From Gemmatimonadota bacterium (GTDB lineage: Bacteria; Gemmatimonadota; Gemmatimonadetes; Gemmatimonadales; JACORV01), in NCBI GenBank assembly GCA_016179225.1, contig JACORV010000119.1, positions 1 to 52,439 of the forward strand: 52,439 nt of DNA, written 5' to 3'. The translations under genes and the position numbers were made by a program. Position 1 is the stretch's first letter. Each line of letters begins with the position of its first letter. Below are positions 1-11,512 of the stretch, in pieces. A model generated the notes under the pieces. It was given only the letters and a program-made list of their open reading frames with translations. It searched no databases and was not told the DNA's origin.

Positions 1-1593
1 GCCGACTTGGTCGTCTACGGCCGGGTCTGGACGGGCGACAGCGCGCGGCCGTGGGCGGAAGGGGTCGCCGTCCGGGGCGCGGAGATCGTCGCCGTCGGCT
101 CGCGGCGCGAGATCGCCCCGCTGGTGGGCCGGGGCACGCGCGTGCTCGACAACGGCCGCGCGCTGGTCACGCCCGGCTTCGGCGATTCGCACGCGCACTT
201 CATCAGCGGCGGTTTCCAGCTGGCGTCGGTAGACCTGCGCGATGCGGACACGCCGCGGGAATTCATCCGCCGGATCGCGGAGTTCGCGCGGCGCCAGCCG
301 GCCGGACGCTGGATCCTGGGCGGGGACTGGGACCACGAGCGGTGGGCGGGCTCGCCGCTCCCCCGCGGCGACTGGATCGATTCGGTGACGCCGAACAACC
401 CGGTCTTCGTGAACCGCCTTGACGGTCACATGGCGCTCGCGAACGGGGTGGCGATGCGCCTCGCCGGGCTCACCCGCGAGACCCGCGACTTGCCGGGCGG
501 CCTCATCGTCCGCGACTCGGCGACCGGCGAGCCGGCCGGCGTGTTCAAGGACAACGCGCAGGGCCTGATCGCTCGCGCCATCCCCGGTCCGAGCGCGGAC
601 CAATTGGACACGGCGCTGGCGCTCGCGATGCGGCACGCGGCCGAGTACGGCGTGACCAACGTGCACGCGATGGGGAGCTGGGGCGACTTCAACGCCTTCC
701 GCCGCGTGCGCGCAAGGAACGCGCTCACCACGAGGGTCTACGCCTTCGTGCCGCTCGCCACGTGGCGGATGCTGGCGGACACGGTGCGTGCCCTGGGCCG
801 CGGCGACGAGTGGCTGCGCTGGGGCGGGCTCAAGGGCTTCATGGACGGCTCCCTCGGCTCGACCACGGCGGCGTTCTACGAGCCGTACCTCGACGCGCCG
901 GCCAGCCGCGGGCTCCTCGTCGTCGACTCGGCCGGGATGCGGGGGACCATCCTCGGCGCCGACAGCGCCGGCCTGCACATCGTCGTCCACGCCATCGGCG
1001 ACCGCGCCAACGCGATGCTGCTCCGGTTCTTCGCCGACGCCATTCTTGAGAACGGCGCCCGCGACCGCCGTTTCCGGGTCGAGCATGCGCAGCACCTGAG
1101 GCAGGAGGACATCCCACGCTTCGGGCGGCTCGGAGTCATTGCGTCCATGCAGCCCTACCACATCATTGACGACGGGCGCTGGGCGTGGAAGCGCCTCGAT
1201 CCGGCCCGCCTCGTGGGCACCTACGCGATGAGCTCGCTCCTCGAGACCGGCGCGCGCCTCTCCTTCGGCAGCGACTGGACGGTGGCGCCGCTCGACCCGA
1301 TCTGGGGGATCTACGCGGCCGTTACGCGGCGGACGCTGGACGACCGCAATCCCGGCGGCTGGATCCCCGAGCAGAGGCTCAGCCTCGACCAGGCGCTTGG
1401 TGCGTACACCTCCGGGGTCGCCCACGCGGGGTACCAGGACGATCGCGTCGGGGTGTTGCGGCCCGGCATGCTTGCCGACCTGGTGCTGCTGGACCGCGAT
1501 CTCTTCGGGGTAGCTCCCGAGACGATCAACCAGGCCCAGGTGCGCGCCACGATCGTCGGCGGAAGGGTGGTTTACGAGCGGCCGGCTCGCTGA
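1..1593 (+). CDS. Amidohydrolase-family metal-dependent hydrolase (YtcJ-like); 5' end outside the window
   Basis: ORF 7..1593 remains open in the same frame back to nt 1 (..ADLVVYG). Translated motifs [23 protein letters not shown] and SFGSDW fit the metal ligands of amidohydrolase_3 TIM-barrel enzymes. Confidence 0.8.
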   Translation, partial: ADLVVYGRVWTGDSARPWAEGVAVRGAEIVAVGSRREIAPLVGRGTRVLDNGRALVTPGFGDSHAHFISGGFQLASVDLRDADTPREFIRRIAEFARRQPAGRWILGGDWDHERWAGSPLPRGDWIDSVTPNNPVFVNRLDGHMALANGVAMRLAGLTRETRDLPGGLIVRDSATGEPAGVFKDNAQGLIARAIPGPSADQLDTALALAMRHAAEYGVTNVHAMGSWGDFNAFRRVRARNALTTRVYAFVPLATWRMLADTVRALGRGDEWLRWGGLKGFMDGSLGSTTAAFYEPYLDAPASRGLLVVDSAGMRGTILGADSAGLHIVVHAIGDRANAMLLRFFADAILENGARDRRFRVEHAQHLRQEDIPRFGRLGVIASMQPYHIIDDGRWAWKRLDPARLVGTYAMSSLLETGARLSFGSDWTVAPLDPIWGIYAAVTRRTLDDRNPGGWIPEQRLSLDQALGAYTSGVAHAGYQDDRVGVLRPGMLADLVLLDRDLFGVAPETINQAQVRATIVGGRVVYERPAR

Positions 1594-1601
1594 GCGGTCG
1601 A

Positions 1602-3764
1602 ATGTTGAAAACGGCCGTCCAAGCCGTAGCTTTCGGACCCATGGCCACCCGCTCCAAGACCGAGGTCGCGGCCCGGCGTCTCACCAAGCGCGACCTGCTC
1701 GACATCTACCACTTGATGCTCCTTTCCAGGCGCCTGGACGACAAGGAAATCCAGCTCAAGCGGCAGAACAAGATCTTTTTCCAGATCTCGGGCGCCGGCC
1801 ACGAGGGGGTGCTGGCGGCGGCGGGCAAGGTGCTCCGCGCCGGATACGACTGGTTCTACCCCTACTACCGCGACCGGGCGCTTTGCCTCGCCCTCGGCAT
1901 GACGCCGACCGAGATGCTGCTCGAAGCGGTCGCCGCGGAAGCCGATCCCAACTCGGGCGGCCGGCAGATGCCGTCGCACTGGGGCCACAAGGACCTCAAC
2001 ATCGTCAGCCAATCGAGCCCGACGGGGACGCAGTGCCTGCAGGCCGTGGGGTGCGCGGAGGCGTGGCTGCGGTACGACCGGATCAAGGAGATTCCCGAGC
2101 GGGAGGCGAAGTCGCACGGCGACGAGGTCGTCTACTGCTCGATCGGTGACGGGACGACCAGCGAGGGCGAGTTCTGGGAGGCGCTCAATACAGCCTGCAA
2201 CCTGAAGCTTCCCGTCCTCTTCATGGTCGAGGACAACGGCTATGCGATCTCCGTGCCGGTCGAGGTGCAGACGGCCGGCGGGTCGATCTCGAAGCTCGTG
2301 TCGGGCTTCCCGGACCTGTTCGTGGAGCAGGTGGACGGGTGCGACCCGATCGCCTCGTACGAGACGGTGAGCCGGGCCGTGGCGTACTGCCGCGCCCGCA
2401 AGGGTCCGGCGCTGGTGCACGCGAAGGTCATCCGTCCGTATTCCCATTCGCTGTCGGACGACGAGGTGATGTACCGGCCGCCGGAGGAGCGCGAGCAGGA
2501 CGCGAAGCGGGATCCGCTGAGGCACTTCCCCGCGAAGCTCGTCGCCGAGGGCGTGGCGACCGCGGAGGAGATCCAGGAGATCGAAGCCGAGGTGGCGGCC
2601 GCCATCGACGCCGCGACGGACGCGGCGCTCGGTTCGCCCCAGCCGGCGCCCGAGACGACGCTGCGCTTCATCTACTCGCCTGACGTGGATCCGACGTCGG
2701 AGCAGTTCGACACCGAGGACGATCCGCAGTTCACCGGCGATCCGACGACGATGGTGGACCTCCTCAACGCCTGCATGAGGGACGAAATGTCGCGCGATCC
2801 GCGCATCGTCCTCTTCGGCGAGGACGTGGCGGACGTCTCACGCAGCGAGTACCTGGGCAAGGTCAAGGGGAAGGGCGGCGTCTTCAAGGTGACCTGGGGG
2901 CTGCAGAAGCTGTTCGGCCCCGACCGCGTGTACAACTCTCCCCTCGCCGAGGCGAACATCGTCGGCCGAGCCATAGGCCTCGCCACGCGCGGCCTGAAGC
3001 CGGTGGTCGAGATCCAGTTCTTCGACTACATCTGGCCGGCGTACATGCAGCTCAGGAACGAGCTGGCCAACCTGCGTTGGCGCTCCTACAACGACTTCAG
3101 CTCGCCGGTCGTGGTGCGCGTGACGTACGGCGGGTACCTGAAGGGCGGCGCCCCGTATCACTCGCAGACCGGCGCGTCGCTCTTCACGCACATCCCGGGC
3201 CTCAGGGTGATCTGCCCGTCCACCGCGCTCGACGCCAACGGGTTGCTGCGGACGGCCATCCGCTGCGAGGATCCGGTCATCTTCCTCGAGCACAAGCACC
3301 TCTACCGGCAGACTTACAACAAGGCGCCGTATCCGGGCCCGAACTTCATGATCCCGTTGGGCAAGGCGAAGGTCGTGCGGGAGGGGACCGACCTCACCGT
3401 CGTCACCTACGGCGCCCTGGTGCAGCGGACGCTCGTCGCCGCGAAAGAAGTCGAGGAGGCGTCCGGGATCAGCACGGAAGTCATCGACCTCCGCTCGCTC
3501 TCGCCGGTGGACTGGGAGACGGTCGGCCGGTCAGTGCGGAGGACGAACAAGGTGATCGTCGCCACCGAGGATGCGCTCTCCTGGGGCTACGGCGCCGAGA
3601 TCGCCGCCCGCGTCGCGGACGAGCACTTCGCCTGGCTCGACGCGCCGGTGAGACGGGTGGCGTCGCTCGACACGTTCGTCGCCTACGCCCCGCAGCTCGA
3701 GGACCACATTCTACCGCAGTCGAGCGACGTCGCCGCCGCGATTCGGGAGCTGGCCGCCTTCTGA
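1602..3764 (+). CDS. Fused E1 alpha/beta component of a TPP-dependent 2-oxoacid (branched-chain type) dehydrogenase
   Basis: This is the 3' part of track ORF 1185..3764; the upstream part is Arg/Pro-rich and overlaps the previous gene. First plausible start is ATG 1602 (alternative ATG 1641). TPP motif [39 protein letters not shown], then a beta-subunit-like half ([24 protein letters not shown]). Confidence 0.85.
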   Translation: MLKTAVQAVAFGPMATRSKTEVAARRLTKRDLLDIYHLMLLSRRLDDKEIQLKRQNKIFFQISGAGHEGVLAAAGKVLRAGYDWFYPYYRDRALCLALGMTPTEMLLEAVAAEADPNSGGRQMPSHWGHKDLNIVSQSSPTGTQCLQAVGCAEAWLRYDRIKEIPEREAKSHGDEVVYCSIGDGTTSEGEFWEALNTACNLKLPVLFMVEDNGYAISVPVEVQTAGGSISKLVSGFPDLFVEQVDGCDPIASYETVSRAVAYCRARKGPALVHAKVIRPYSHSLSDDEVMYRPPEEREQDAKRDPLRHFPAKLVAEGVATAEEIQEIEAEVAAAIDAATDAALGSPQPAPETTLRFIYSPDVDPTSEQFDTEDDPQFTGDPTTMVDLLNACMRDEMSRDPRIVLFGEDVADVSRSEYLGKVKGKGGVFKVTWGLQKLFGPDRVYNSPLAEANIVGRAIGLATRGLKPVVEIQFFDYIWPAYMQLRNELANLRWRSYNDFSSPVVVRVTYGGYLKGGAPYHSQTGASLFTHIPGLRVICPSTALDANGLLRTAIRCEDPVIFLEHKHLYRQTYNKAPYPGPNFMIPLGKAKVVREGTDLTVVTYGALVQRTLVAAKEVEEASGISTEVIDLRSLSPVDWETVGRSVRRTNKVIVATEDALSWGYGAEIAARVADEHFAWLDAPVRRVASLDTFVAYAPQLEDHILPQSSDVAAAIRELAAF

Positions 3765-6700
3765 TGCCGGACGCGCGCGGCGCACGGCGCGCGCTGTTCG
3801 GCTCGCTGTTCTTCCTCTCCGGGGCGGCCGCCCTCGTCTATGAGCTGATCTGGGTCCGCCAGCTCTACCAGTTCTTCGGCTCCACCATCCATTCGGTTAC
3901 CACCGTCGTGGCCGCGTATATGGGCGGCCTCGGGTTGGGCGCGTATGTCTTGGGCCGGCGCGCGGACCGCGACGCCAATCCCGCGCGGCTCTATGGCGTC
4001 CTCGAGCTCGCGATCGGTGCGTTTGGGATCGCGTCACCCTTCGTCCTCTACGAGGTCGGCCGTGGGTATCTCGCCGTCGCGCGCACCCTGGAGCCCGGGC
4101 TGTGGGCGGCCACCGCGATCAAGTTCGTGTTCGCCTTCGCCGTTCTCCTCGTCCCGACGTTCCTCATGGGCGGCACGCTGCCCATCCTGACGCGCGCCTT
4201 TGCCGGCGAGCGGACCGATCACCTGCGACGGGAGCTGGCGCTGTTCTACGGGCTCAACACGGTGGGCGGCGTGGCGGGCTGCATGCTGGCCGGCTACGCG
4301 CTCATCGAGTACGTCGGGCTCCGGCAGTCCCTGATCGCGACCGGGTTCCTCAACCTCGCGCTGGGCGCCGCGGCCCTCGCGCTCGCGGGGCGAAGGGCGC
4401 TGGAGACGCCCGAGCCGGCGGCCGGCCGGGCGCCGGCCCTCGGCCCCGACCCCGGTGCCGACACGCGGCGGCTCGCACTGTGGCTGATCGCCATCACGGC
4501 CTTCGCGTCGCTGCTGTACGAGATCGCCTGGACCCGCGTGCTGGTCCTGGTGGTCGGCAGCTCGACCTACGCGTTCACGACCATCCTCGCGTGCTTCCTC
4601 TTCGGGATCGGCTTCGGCAGCCTCGTGGCGATCGGCCGTGGCTGGCCCTCGCGCGACCTGCTGATCCGGTCCGCCCTGATCCAGGGCGCGATCGGGGTGC
4701 TCGCCTCACTCCTCTTCCCGTTCTTTGGCGCGCTGCCCGTCTACATCGTCGGTACGTTGCAGGTCTCGTTCCTCACGCCCGCGGAGCTGCTGGTCCTGCA
4801 AGGGCTCGCGGTCGCGGTGGTGGTAGTACCGCCGGCGTTCGGCATGGGGCTCAGCTTCCCGATCCTCGCGGAGCTCGCGGCGGAACGGGCCGGGACGACG
4901 GGGCGAGCATCGGGCCGCGCGTACTTCGCCAATACTCTCGGCAGCATCGCGGGCGCGGTGATCACCGGGTTCCTATTGATCCACCTCATCGGCAGCGAGC
5001 GCACCCTCCAGCTGGGCGTGGTGGTCAACGTGAGCGCCGCGGCGGTCATGGCTTGGTGGCTGTACCGGGAGCGCGCGGCCGGCGGCCTCCCGGTTCCCGT
5101 CGAGCGCCTGCCGCTGGCGATCGGCGCGCTCGCGCTGGTCGTCACCTTCGCCACCCCCAGCTGGTCGCGGCGGCTCCTCGATCGCGGCCCGGCGATCTAC
5201 GGCAAGGAGGAGATGGGACGCTGGGAGCTGGGCAACTTCCTCCGCGGTTACGGCGCCGAGCAGTTGGTGTTCGACGAGGGATGGAACGCGGCGATTTCGG
5301 TCTGGCGGAACGGCAACGCGACCTGGCTCAAGAGCAACGGCAAGGCGGACGCCTCCAGCGTCGCCGACATGAACACGCAGGTGATGGTGGGACTGATGCC
5401 GGCGCTGGCGCACCCCGCGCCCCGGCGCGCGTTCGTGCTCGGGTTCGGGAGCGGCGCCAGCGCGCGGACGGTGGCGGACGTGCCGGGCCTAGAGCGGATC
5501 GACGTCGTGGAGATCGAGCGCGCGGTGCTGCGCGCCGCCCCGCACTTCGCGATCGTGAACCGCGACGTGTTGCACGATCCCCGCGTGCGCGTGATCGAGG
5601 ATGACGCGCGCAGCGCGCTCCAGCTGGCGCGAGAGCCGTACGACATCGTCGTCGCGGAGCCCACCAACCCGTGGATCGCCGGCGTGGCCGCGCTCTTCAC
5701 GCGCGACTTTTTCCGTGTGGTGAGCGCGCACCTCGCCGACGACGGGGTGTTCTCGCAGTGGGTGCAGACGTATCGGGTGCCGCAGGGCGTGATCTCCGTG
5801 GTAGTCGCCAACCTGCGGTCCGTCTTCCCGCACGTCGAACTGTGGTATGCGAATCCCAACGACCTCATCCTCCTCGCCTCACGGCGGCCGATCCGGTGGA
5901 GCCAGGCGCGGGTCGCCGCGCTGATGGCGCCCGGCACACCGCTCGCTCAGAGCTTCCACGATTGGCTGGAGATTGACCGGCCGTCGCAGCTCCTGGGTCG
6001 GTTCCTGCTCGGGGAGCGCGGCACCGCCACGCTGGCGGGAATGGCGCTCTTCCAGCACAGCGACAACCGGCCGTCGCTGGAGTTTGTCGCGGCGCGTGGG
6101 CTCCTCGGCAGCAGCAGCGTGGCCGCCACGTTCGACTCGCTGCTCGGCATTAGGGCCGCCGCCGGCGACACGCTGCCGCAGCTGGCCGACTGGCCGCTCG
6201 CGCCGGGTGAGTGGCAGGCCGCCTACGGGCGGGCGTTGCCGGCCACAAGCCGTCTCGCGCTGCCTTACGCGGAGGAGGCCCTCCGGCTCGCGCCCGCCGA
6301 CGCCGAGCGCCGCGGCGAGTTGGGGCGCGTGCTCGTCGACCGCGACCAGTTCCGGAGCGCGCTGAGCTACCTGCTCCCCGCGCTCGAGAAGCGACCCAAC
6401 GACCCGAGACTCCTGGTGGTCGCCGGCGTGGCGGCCGCGGCGGGCCGCGACCTCGCGGGCGCCCGCGTCTATCTCGAGCGTGCGCGGGCGAGCGGCGGAG
6501 ACTCCGTGTACGCGACGAGCGTGCTGGCGGAGATGTTGGCTGGCGAGGGCGACTACGAGCGCGCCGCCACCGAGGCGCTTCGCGCGCTCCGAGGCCTGCG
6601 CCCCACGATCGCGACGCCGTTCCCCAGCGCGCTGGAAAGCACGGTGAGAAAGCTGGCGCTCCAGGCGCCGCCCGCGGTGGCCGCCCCGGTGCTCGATGCC

Positions 6701-6874
6701 GCCGCGCAGACCCGGCCGTCATGGGATCTCGCGTTCCACGGGGGGGCGCGGGTGTACGCGCGCTGGGGCGGTGACCATTGCGGCCAGGCCGCCCGGCTGG
6801 TGGAGCAGCTGCCGCGGTTCGGTTGGACGGAAACCGAGGCGAACGGTCTACTGAGGCCCTGCGCGCGGCGCTGA
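3764..6874 (+). CDS. Polytopic membrane protein fused to a spermidine-synthase-like (class I SAM-fold) domain, with a TPR-like C-terminus
   Basis: Real start is ATG 3764, overlapping the previous stop (TGATG), inside track ORF 3077..6874. About 480 aa of hydrophobic helices come first. Then VLGFGSGASARTV..VDVVEIERAV..DDARSAL..YDIVVAEPTNPW (SpeE-like fold), then Ala/Leu-rich TPR-like repeats. Confidence 0.75.
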   Translation: MPDARGARRALFGSLFFLSGAAALVYELIWVRQLYQFFGSTIHSVTTVVAAYMGGLGLGAYVLGRRADRDANPARLYGVLELAIGAFGIASPFVLYEVGRGYLAVARTLEPGLWAATAIKFVFAFAVLLVPTFLMGGTLPILTRAFAGERTDHLRRELALFYGLNTVGGVAGCMLAGYALIEYVGLRQSLIATGFLNLALGAAALALAGRRALETPEPAAGRAPALGPDPGADTRRLALWLIAITAFASLLYEIAWTRVLVLVVGSSTYAFTTILACFLFGIGFGSLVAIGRGWPSRDLLIRSALIQGAIGVLASLLFPFFGALPVYIVGTLQVSFLTPAELLVLQGLAVAVVVVPPAFGMGLSFPILAELAAERAGTTGRASGRAYFANTLGSIAGAVITGFLLIHLIGSERTLQLGVVVNVSAAAVMAWWLYRERAAGGLPVPVERLPLAIGALALVVTFATPSWSRRLLDRGPAIYGKEEMGRWELGNFLRGYGAEQLVFDEGWNAAISVWRNGNATWLKSNGKADASSVADMNTQVMVGLMPALAHPAPRRAFVLGFGSGASARTVADVPGLERIDVVEIERAVLRAAPHFAIVNRDVLHDPRVRVIEDDARSALQLAREPYDIVVAEPTNPWIAGVAALFTRDFFRVVSAHLADDGVFSQWVQTYRVPQGVISVVVANLRSVFPHVELWYANPNDLILLASRRPIRWSQARVAALMAPGTPLAQSFHDWLEIDRPSQLLGRFLLGERGTATLAGMALFQHSDNRPSLEFVAARGLLGSSSVAATFDSLLGIRAAAGDTLPQLADWPLAPGEWQAAYGRALPATSRLALPYAEEALRLAPADAERRGELGRVLVDRDQFRSALSYLLPALEKRPNDPRLLVVAGVAAAAGRDLAGARVYLERARASGGDSVYATSVLAEMLAGEGDYERAATEALRALRGLRPTIATPFPSALESTVRKLALQAPPAVAAPVLDAAAQTRPSWDLAFHGGARVYARWGGDHCGQAARLVEQLPRFGWTETEANGLLRPCARR

Positions 6875-6884
6875 GCGCCGCCCA

Positions 6885-8810
6885 CTAGTCGCGCGTCAGG
6901 TTGGCGTCGCGGTCGGTGATCCTCCGCACCTCGCTTGCGGCCATGATGGCGGCGTCCACGTCGCGCGAGAGGGCGCGCGCCTGCTGGGTCGCGGCCGTCA
7001 GGTCGCCCAGCGCTTCCGCCACCCCCGCCGAGCGCAGCCGCAGCAGGTCGAACCGCACGTTCTGCATGGCGAGCAGGCACGACTCGAGCTGGGACGCGAG
7101 CGCGTTCTGGCGCGCCATGAGCTGCCCTACCTTCCGGCGCTGCTGCTCAAGCAGGGTGAGTCGCCGCTCCTTGTCCCCGGACGGCGGCTCCTGCTCGAGC
7201 GCGGCGATTCGCGCCTCGAGCTTCTCGACCGAGCCGGTGTCGATGTCCCGCTCGAGGGCGGACAGCGTGCGGGCGAGGTCGGCGGCCCGTTCGAGCAGCT
7301 GGTCCACGGTGGGCGCGATCTCCGGGAGCAGCTTGCGCTCGGACTTGGGCAGGCGCTCGAGCATCGCCAGCACCGCGGCGCGGTCGCTCCGTGCCTGCTC
7401 GATGCCCGCGGCGTGCGCGCCGAACTCGTCTGGCGTGGGCGGCTCGAGCAATCCGGTGCGAGTGGACCTGGCACCCACGGCATCGGGTGCGGGCGGACGA
7501 TGGATGACGTCGCGCCACGAGTAGCCGCTCGTCCACAGCTTCGCGAAGTCCTTGGAGAGACCCCAGCCCCAGAACACGATGGGGAAGAGCACCCAGGGTG
7601 TGTCGAGACCGGTGGTCGCGATGTTGAGGAGCACGAGCATCCCGTTCGCGGCCGCGTAGGTCGCGAGCCGGTGGCGGAACTTCGCGACCATGACCGGCTC
7701 GCCGCGCTGCCTGGCGCGCGCCTCGATCTCTCGCTCTTCCTTCTCCTTGTCCTGGAGCCGCCGCTGCTGGCGCTCCGCGCGCCGGCTGGGGCGACGACTG
7801 AGAGGCTCGGCTCGCTGGAGCGCGCGCCCCGCACGCTCCTCGGCGTGCCCCAGGGCGCGGCGGCCCGCGTCCAGCGCCCCACCCAGGCTGTCCAGCGGGT
7901 CGGCGGCCGCGGCGGGCCGTCGCCGGGTCGGCGCCCGCGGCGGCGGCGCGGTGTAGGTGTTGGTCTCGAGGGCGCGGCGCAGCGCGTCGGCCGTAGGCCA
8001 GCGGTCCTCGGGATCCTTCTCGAGACAGCGCATCACGATCTGCGACAGCTCCCTCGGCGTCTCGGGGCGTTTCCGCTCCACTGGCGTCGGCATCTCGGTG
8101 ATCTGCTTCATGAGGAGGGCGGGCACCGTCGGCGCCTGGAAGGGCAGCTCTCCCGTCAGCATCTGGTACGCCACTACGCCGAGCGAGTAGAGGTCGGACC
8201 GGCCGTCAAGCTCACGCTCCCCCGCCGCCTGCTCCGGGCTCATGAACGCGGGCGTGCCGATGGCGACGCCGGCTTCGGTGAGGGTGGCCCCTTCCGCCGA
8301 GAGAGCCTTCGCGATCCCGAAGTCGGTCACCATCACCCGCCCGCGCGTGCCCTCGAGGAGAATGTTGTCCGGCTTCACGTCGCGGTGGATGACCCCCTGC
8401 TGATGGGCGGCCGCGAGCGCGTCGGCGGTTTCGCGCATGATGCGGCGCGCCTCGTCGACCGAAAGGCGGCTGCGCCGCTTGAGCCGCACCGCCAGCGACT
8501 CGCCGTCCACCAGCCCCAAGATGAAGTACACGAGATCGTTGGCATCGCCGACCGTGTGGATGGGGACGATGTTCGGATGGGAAAGCCGCGCCGCCGTCTC
8601 CGCTTCGCGCATGAAGCGGGCACGAATGTCGGTGCGGTAGGCGAGCTCCGGCGGCAAGACCTTGACGGCAACCGGGCGCTTGAGCCGCTCGTCCTTCGCC
8701 CGGTAGACGACGCCCATGCCCCCGCGCCCGATCTCGCCTTCGATCGTGTAGGCGGAGCCCAAGGCACCGGCAAGGCGCAACTCGAGTCCGCGCTCGCCGC
8801 CCGCCGTCAT
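6885..8810 (-). CDS. Ser/Thr protein kinase with a 2-TM segment and a C-terminal coiled-coil domain
   Basis: Hanks motifs GRGGMGVVYRAKD..VAVK, HRDVKPDNILL, DFGIAK, SPEQ. Start chosen at ATG 8810 (MTAGGERG..) rather than the track start 8912. Two hydrophobic helices (LVLLNIATTG.., VLFPIVFWGWGL) are followed by a heptad-rich tail. Confidence 0.85.
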   Translation of the reverse strand: MTAGGERGLELRLAGALGSAYTIEGEIGRGGMGVVYRAKDERLKRPVAVKVLPPELAYRTDIRARFMREAETAARLSHPNIVPIHTVGDANDLVYFILGLVDGESLAVRLKRRSRLSVDEARRIMRETADALAAAHQQGVIHRDVKPDNILLEGTRGRVMVTDFGIAKALSAEGATLTEAGVAIGTPAFMSPEQAAGERELDGRSDLYSLGVVAYQMLTGELPFQAPTVPALLMKQITEMPTPVERKRPETPRELSQIVMRCLEKDPEDRWPTADALRRALETNTYTAPPPRAPTRRRPAAAADPLDSLGGALDAGRRALGHAEERAGRALQRAEPLSRRPSRRAERQQRRLQDKEKEEREIEARARQRGEPVMVAKFRHRLATYAAANGMLVLLNIATTGLDTPWVLFPIVFWGWGLSKDFAKLWTSGYSWRDVIHRPPAPDAVGARSTRTGLLEPPTPDEFGAHAAGIEQARSDRAAVLAMLERLPKSERKLLPEIAPTVDQLLERAADLARTLSALERDIDTGSVEKLEARIAALEQEPPSGDKERRLTLLEQQRRKVGQLMARQNALASQLESCLLAMQNVRFDLLRLRSAGVAEALGDLTAATQQARALSRDVDAAIMAASEVRRITDRDANLTRD

Positions 8811-8971
8811 TGTATCAGAACCGGCATTTGGGGCATAGATTAGTGCCAGCGTACGAGATGGGCAACCACAGCCTGCCACATTGGCACGGGTTCCCTGGTC
8901 TTCGGGTGGCACAAACGCTGCTCAAGAGGTGTTGAACCGCCTGAGTTGGATACCATTGCTGCGAGCCGCCA

Positions 8972-11413
8972 ATGAGCGAACGCTTGACGCTTCCCGTCCT
9001 TCCGTTGCGCGACATGGTCCTCTTCCCCGAGGTCACGACGCCGGTCAGCGCCGGCCGGCGCGGCACGCTGCGCGCCATCGAGCAGGCGCTCAAGGACGAG
9101 AAGCGCCTGATCTTCACGATCGCCCAGCGCGAGAACACCGAGCAGGTCTCGCCGGCGAACCTCTACGCCATCGGCACCGTCGCGCGGATCGGGCAGATGC
9201 AGCGGGGCCTGGGCGGCGTGCAGCTCATCCTGCACGGCGAGTTCCGGGCCACGGCGCTCCACTATCAGGAGCGCGACGGCTACCTCGAGGCGATCGTGCG
9301 CGAGGCGGAGGACATCCCGCCGAACGATCCCTCCGACGCGCTCTTTCAGGCCCTCTACAAGGAAGCGCGCGAGCGCGCCGCGGAGCTCGGTCAGAAGAGC
9401 GGGCTCCCGGAGGACGTCGTACAGCAGGTGCTCGATTCGGTGACGGACCCCGGGAAGTTCGCGGACCTCGTCGCCGGCTACCTCGAGATCAAGACGCCGG
9501 AGCGGCAACAGTTGCTGGAGACGCTCGTCGTGGAGAACCGGCTGCGCCAGGTGCTGGTGCACGTCCAGCGGCAGATCGCCGTGAGCGACGCCCAGGAAGA
9601 GATCAAGTCGCAGGTCCAGGAGGAAATCGGCGAGCGGCAAAAGGAGCTGTACCTGCGCGAGCAGCTCAAGGCGATCCGCCGTGAGCTCGGCGACAGCGAC
9701 GACGAGAGGGAGGCCGACGAGCTGCGCCAGAAGCTGGAGAAGCTGGAGCTCCCCGAGCCGGCGCAGAAGGAGGTCGAGCGCGAGCTCGCCCGTCTCGAGC
9801 GCACGTCAAAGGAGTCCATGGAGGCGCAGGTCATCCGGACGTACCTGGAATGGATCGCCGAGTTGCCGTGGAGCACCCGCTCGGAGGACTCGCTCGACCT
9901 GTCTCGGGCCGAGCAGGTATTGGAAGAGGATCACTACGGGCTCAAGGACGTGAAGGAGCGCGTGCTGGAATTCCTGGCCGTGCGTCAGTTGCGGGAGGCG
10001 GCGCGCCGGGCCGGCGAGGGCGGACACGATGAGGGAGCGGCCCGGGAGATGCCCGGCCAGGACGATGACCGCCTGCCGGCCAAGGGGCCCATCCTGCTCT
10101 TCCTCGGCCCGCCGGGGACGGGCAAGACGTCCATCGCGAAGTCCATCGCGCGGGCGATGGGCCGCAAGTACGTGCGCATCTCGCTCGGCGGCGCGCGCGA
10201 CGAGGCCGACATCCGCGGCCACCGGCGCACCTACGTCGGCGCGATGCCGGGGCGCATCATCCAGGGGATGAAGCAGGCCGGGACCAAGAACCCGGTCTTC
10301 CTGCTCGACGAGGTCGACAAGCTCGGGGTGTCGTTCCAAGGCGATCCGGCCGCGGCGCTGCTCGAGGTGCTCGACCCGGCACAGAACGACTCGTTCACCG
10401 ATCACTACCTCGGGGTGCCGTTCGACCTCAGCGAAGTGCTGTTCATCGCCACGGCGAACTTCGCGCAGAGCATCCCGGGCCCGCTGCTCGACCGGATGGA
10501 GTCGGTGGAGTTCACCGGCTACACGGAGCACGAGAAGCTGGCGATCGCCCGGCAGTACCTGATTCCGCGGCAGCTGAAGGAGAACGGCCTCGACACCGAG
10601 ACGCTCCAGATCGACGACGCCGCGGTGCGGTCGGTCGTCAGCGGCTACACGCGCGAGGCAGGCGTGCGGCAGCTGGAGCGCGAGATGGGTCGGTTGGCGC
10701 GGAAGGTGGCGCGGCGGATCGCGGGCGGCGCGCAGCGGCGGGTGACGATCGCCGAGGCCGACGTGCGAGAGCAGCTCGGCCGTCCCAAGGTGCATCCGGA
10801 GCGCGCCGCCCTCGAGGACACCGTCGGCGTTGCGACGGGGATGTACTACACACCCTCCGGCGGCGACATCATGTTCGTCGAGGCCTCACTCATGCCCGGC
10901 AAGGACGAGCTCGTGCTCACGGGGCATCTCGGCGACGTGATGAAGGAGTCGGCCAGGGCCGCCCTCACCTACGCCAAGACCCACGCCGCGGAGCTGGGGT
11001 TCCCGGCCGAGGCGATCCGCGACCGGGACGTCCACATCCACGTCCCGGCGGGCGCGATTCCCAAGGACGGTCCGTCGGCGGGGGTCACCATGGCCACCGC
11101 GCTGATCAGCGCGCTCACGGGCCGTCCGGCGCGGCACGACGTGGCGATGACCGGCGAGGTGACGTTGAGCGGCCGCGTGCTGCCCATCGGCGGGCTGAAG
11201 GAAAAGGTCCTCGGCGCCGCGCGCGCCGGGATCGCTGAGATCGTGCTGCCGAAGGAGAACGAGCCCGAGCTGGACGACCTCCCGGAGGAAGTGCGCCACA
11301 CCCTCGTGTTCCATCCGGTCCAGGAGCTCGCCGAGGTGCTGCAGGTGGCGCTGCTCAGCCGCGAGGCGAAGGTCGTTGACGAGCTGGTCGGGGCCGCCGG
11401 AAAACCTCGCTAG
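8972..11413 (+). CDS. lon: ATP-dependent Lon protease
   Basis: N-terminal LON domain ([13 protein letters not shown]), Walker [17 protein letters not shown], catalytic PKDGPSAGV, and a full-length 813-aa ORF. Confidence 0.95.
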   Translation: MSERLTLPVLPLRDMVLFPEVTTPVSAGRRGTLRAIEQALKDEKRLIFTIAQRENTEQVSPANLYAIGTVARIGQMQRGLGGVQLILHGEFRATALHYQERDGYLEAIVREAEDIPPNDPSDALFQALYKEARERAAELGQKSGLPEDVVQQVLDSVTDPGKFADLVAGYLEIKTPERQQLLETLVVENRLRQVLVHVQRQIAVSDAQEEIKSQVQEEIGERQKELYLREQLKAIRRELGDSDDEREADELRQKLEKLELPEPAQKEVERELARLERTSKESMEAQVIRTYLEWIAELPWSTRSEDSLDLSRAEQVLEEDHYGLKDVKERVLEFLAVRQLREAARRAGEGGHDEGAAREMPGQDDDRLPAKGPILLFLGPPGTGKTSIAKSIARAMGRKYVRISLGGARDEADIRGHRRTYVGAMPGRIIQGMKQAGTKNPVFLLDEVDKLGVSFQGDPAAALLEVLDPAQNDSFTDHYLGVPFDLSEVLFIATANFAQSIPGPLLDRMESVEFTGYTEHEKLAIARQYLIPRQLKENGLDTETLQIDDAAVRSVVSGYTREAGVRQLEREMGRLARKVARRIAGGAQRRVTIAEADVREQLGRPKVHPERAALEDTVGVATGMYYTPSGGDIMFVEASLMPGKDELVLTGHLGDVMKESARAALTYAKTHAAELGFPAEAIRDRDVHIHVPAGAIPKDGPSAGVTMATALISALTGRPARHDVAMTGEVTLSGRVLPIGGLKEKVLGAARAGIAEIVLPKENEPELDDLPEEVRHTLVFHPVQELAEVLQVALLSREAKVVDELVGAAGKPR

Positions 11414-11441
11414 AAGCGTCAGACAAGACGGGGCGTTCAAA

Positions 11442-11507
11442 GTTGAAGTGGAGAAGGCGTTGAACGCCTTTTTCTCTTCAACCTTCAACGCCCTTTTCTC
11501 TTCAACC
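11442..11507. terminator. Terminator hairpin after lon, embedded in a 24-bp tandem repeat
   Basis: AAGGCG-TTGAA-CGCCTT (11454-11470) is extendable by outer GTTGAAG/CTTCAAC arms and followed by TTTTCTCTTC. Unit TTGAACGCCTTTTTCTCTTCAACC (11460-11483) repeats as TTCAACGCCCTTTTCTCTTCAACC (11484-11507), 22/24 identical. It lies between convergent lon and the minus-strand lipoprotein gene. Confidence 0.7.
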
Positions 11508-11512
11508 GCCTT

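Noticed and set aside
1185-1601. N-terminal extensions of track ORFs: 1185.., 3077.., 8912, 12730, 19139.., 35932.., 39126.., 40404.., 47157, 51684, 32956.
   Set aside because: The extended parts are Arg/Pro-rich, overlap the preceding gene, and lie before internal starts that coincide with the previous stop codon or with the family-typical N-terminus.
8907-8958. Sigma54-like TGGCAC-N5-CTGCT (8907-8922) and sigma32-like TTGAAC-N14-ACCATT (8932-8957) upstream of lon.
   Set aside because: Both are partial matches that could arise by chance. They are mutually incompatible as the main promoter. Without TSS data or conservation I cannot support either.
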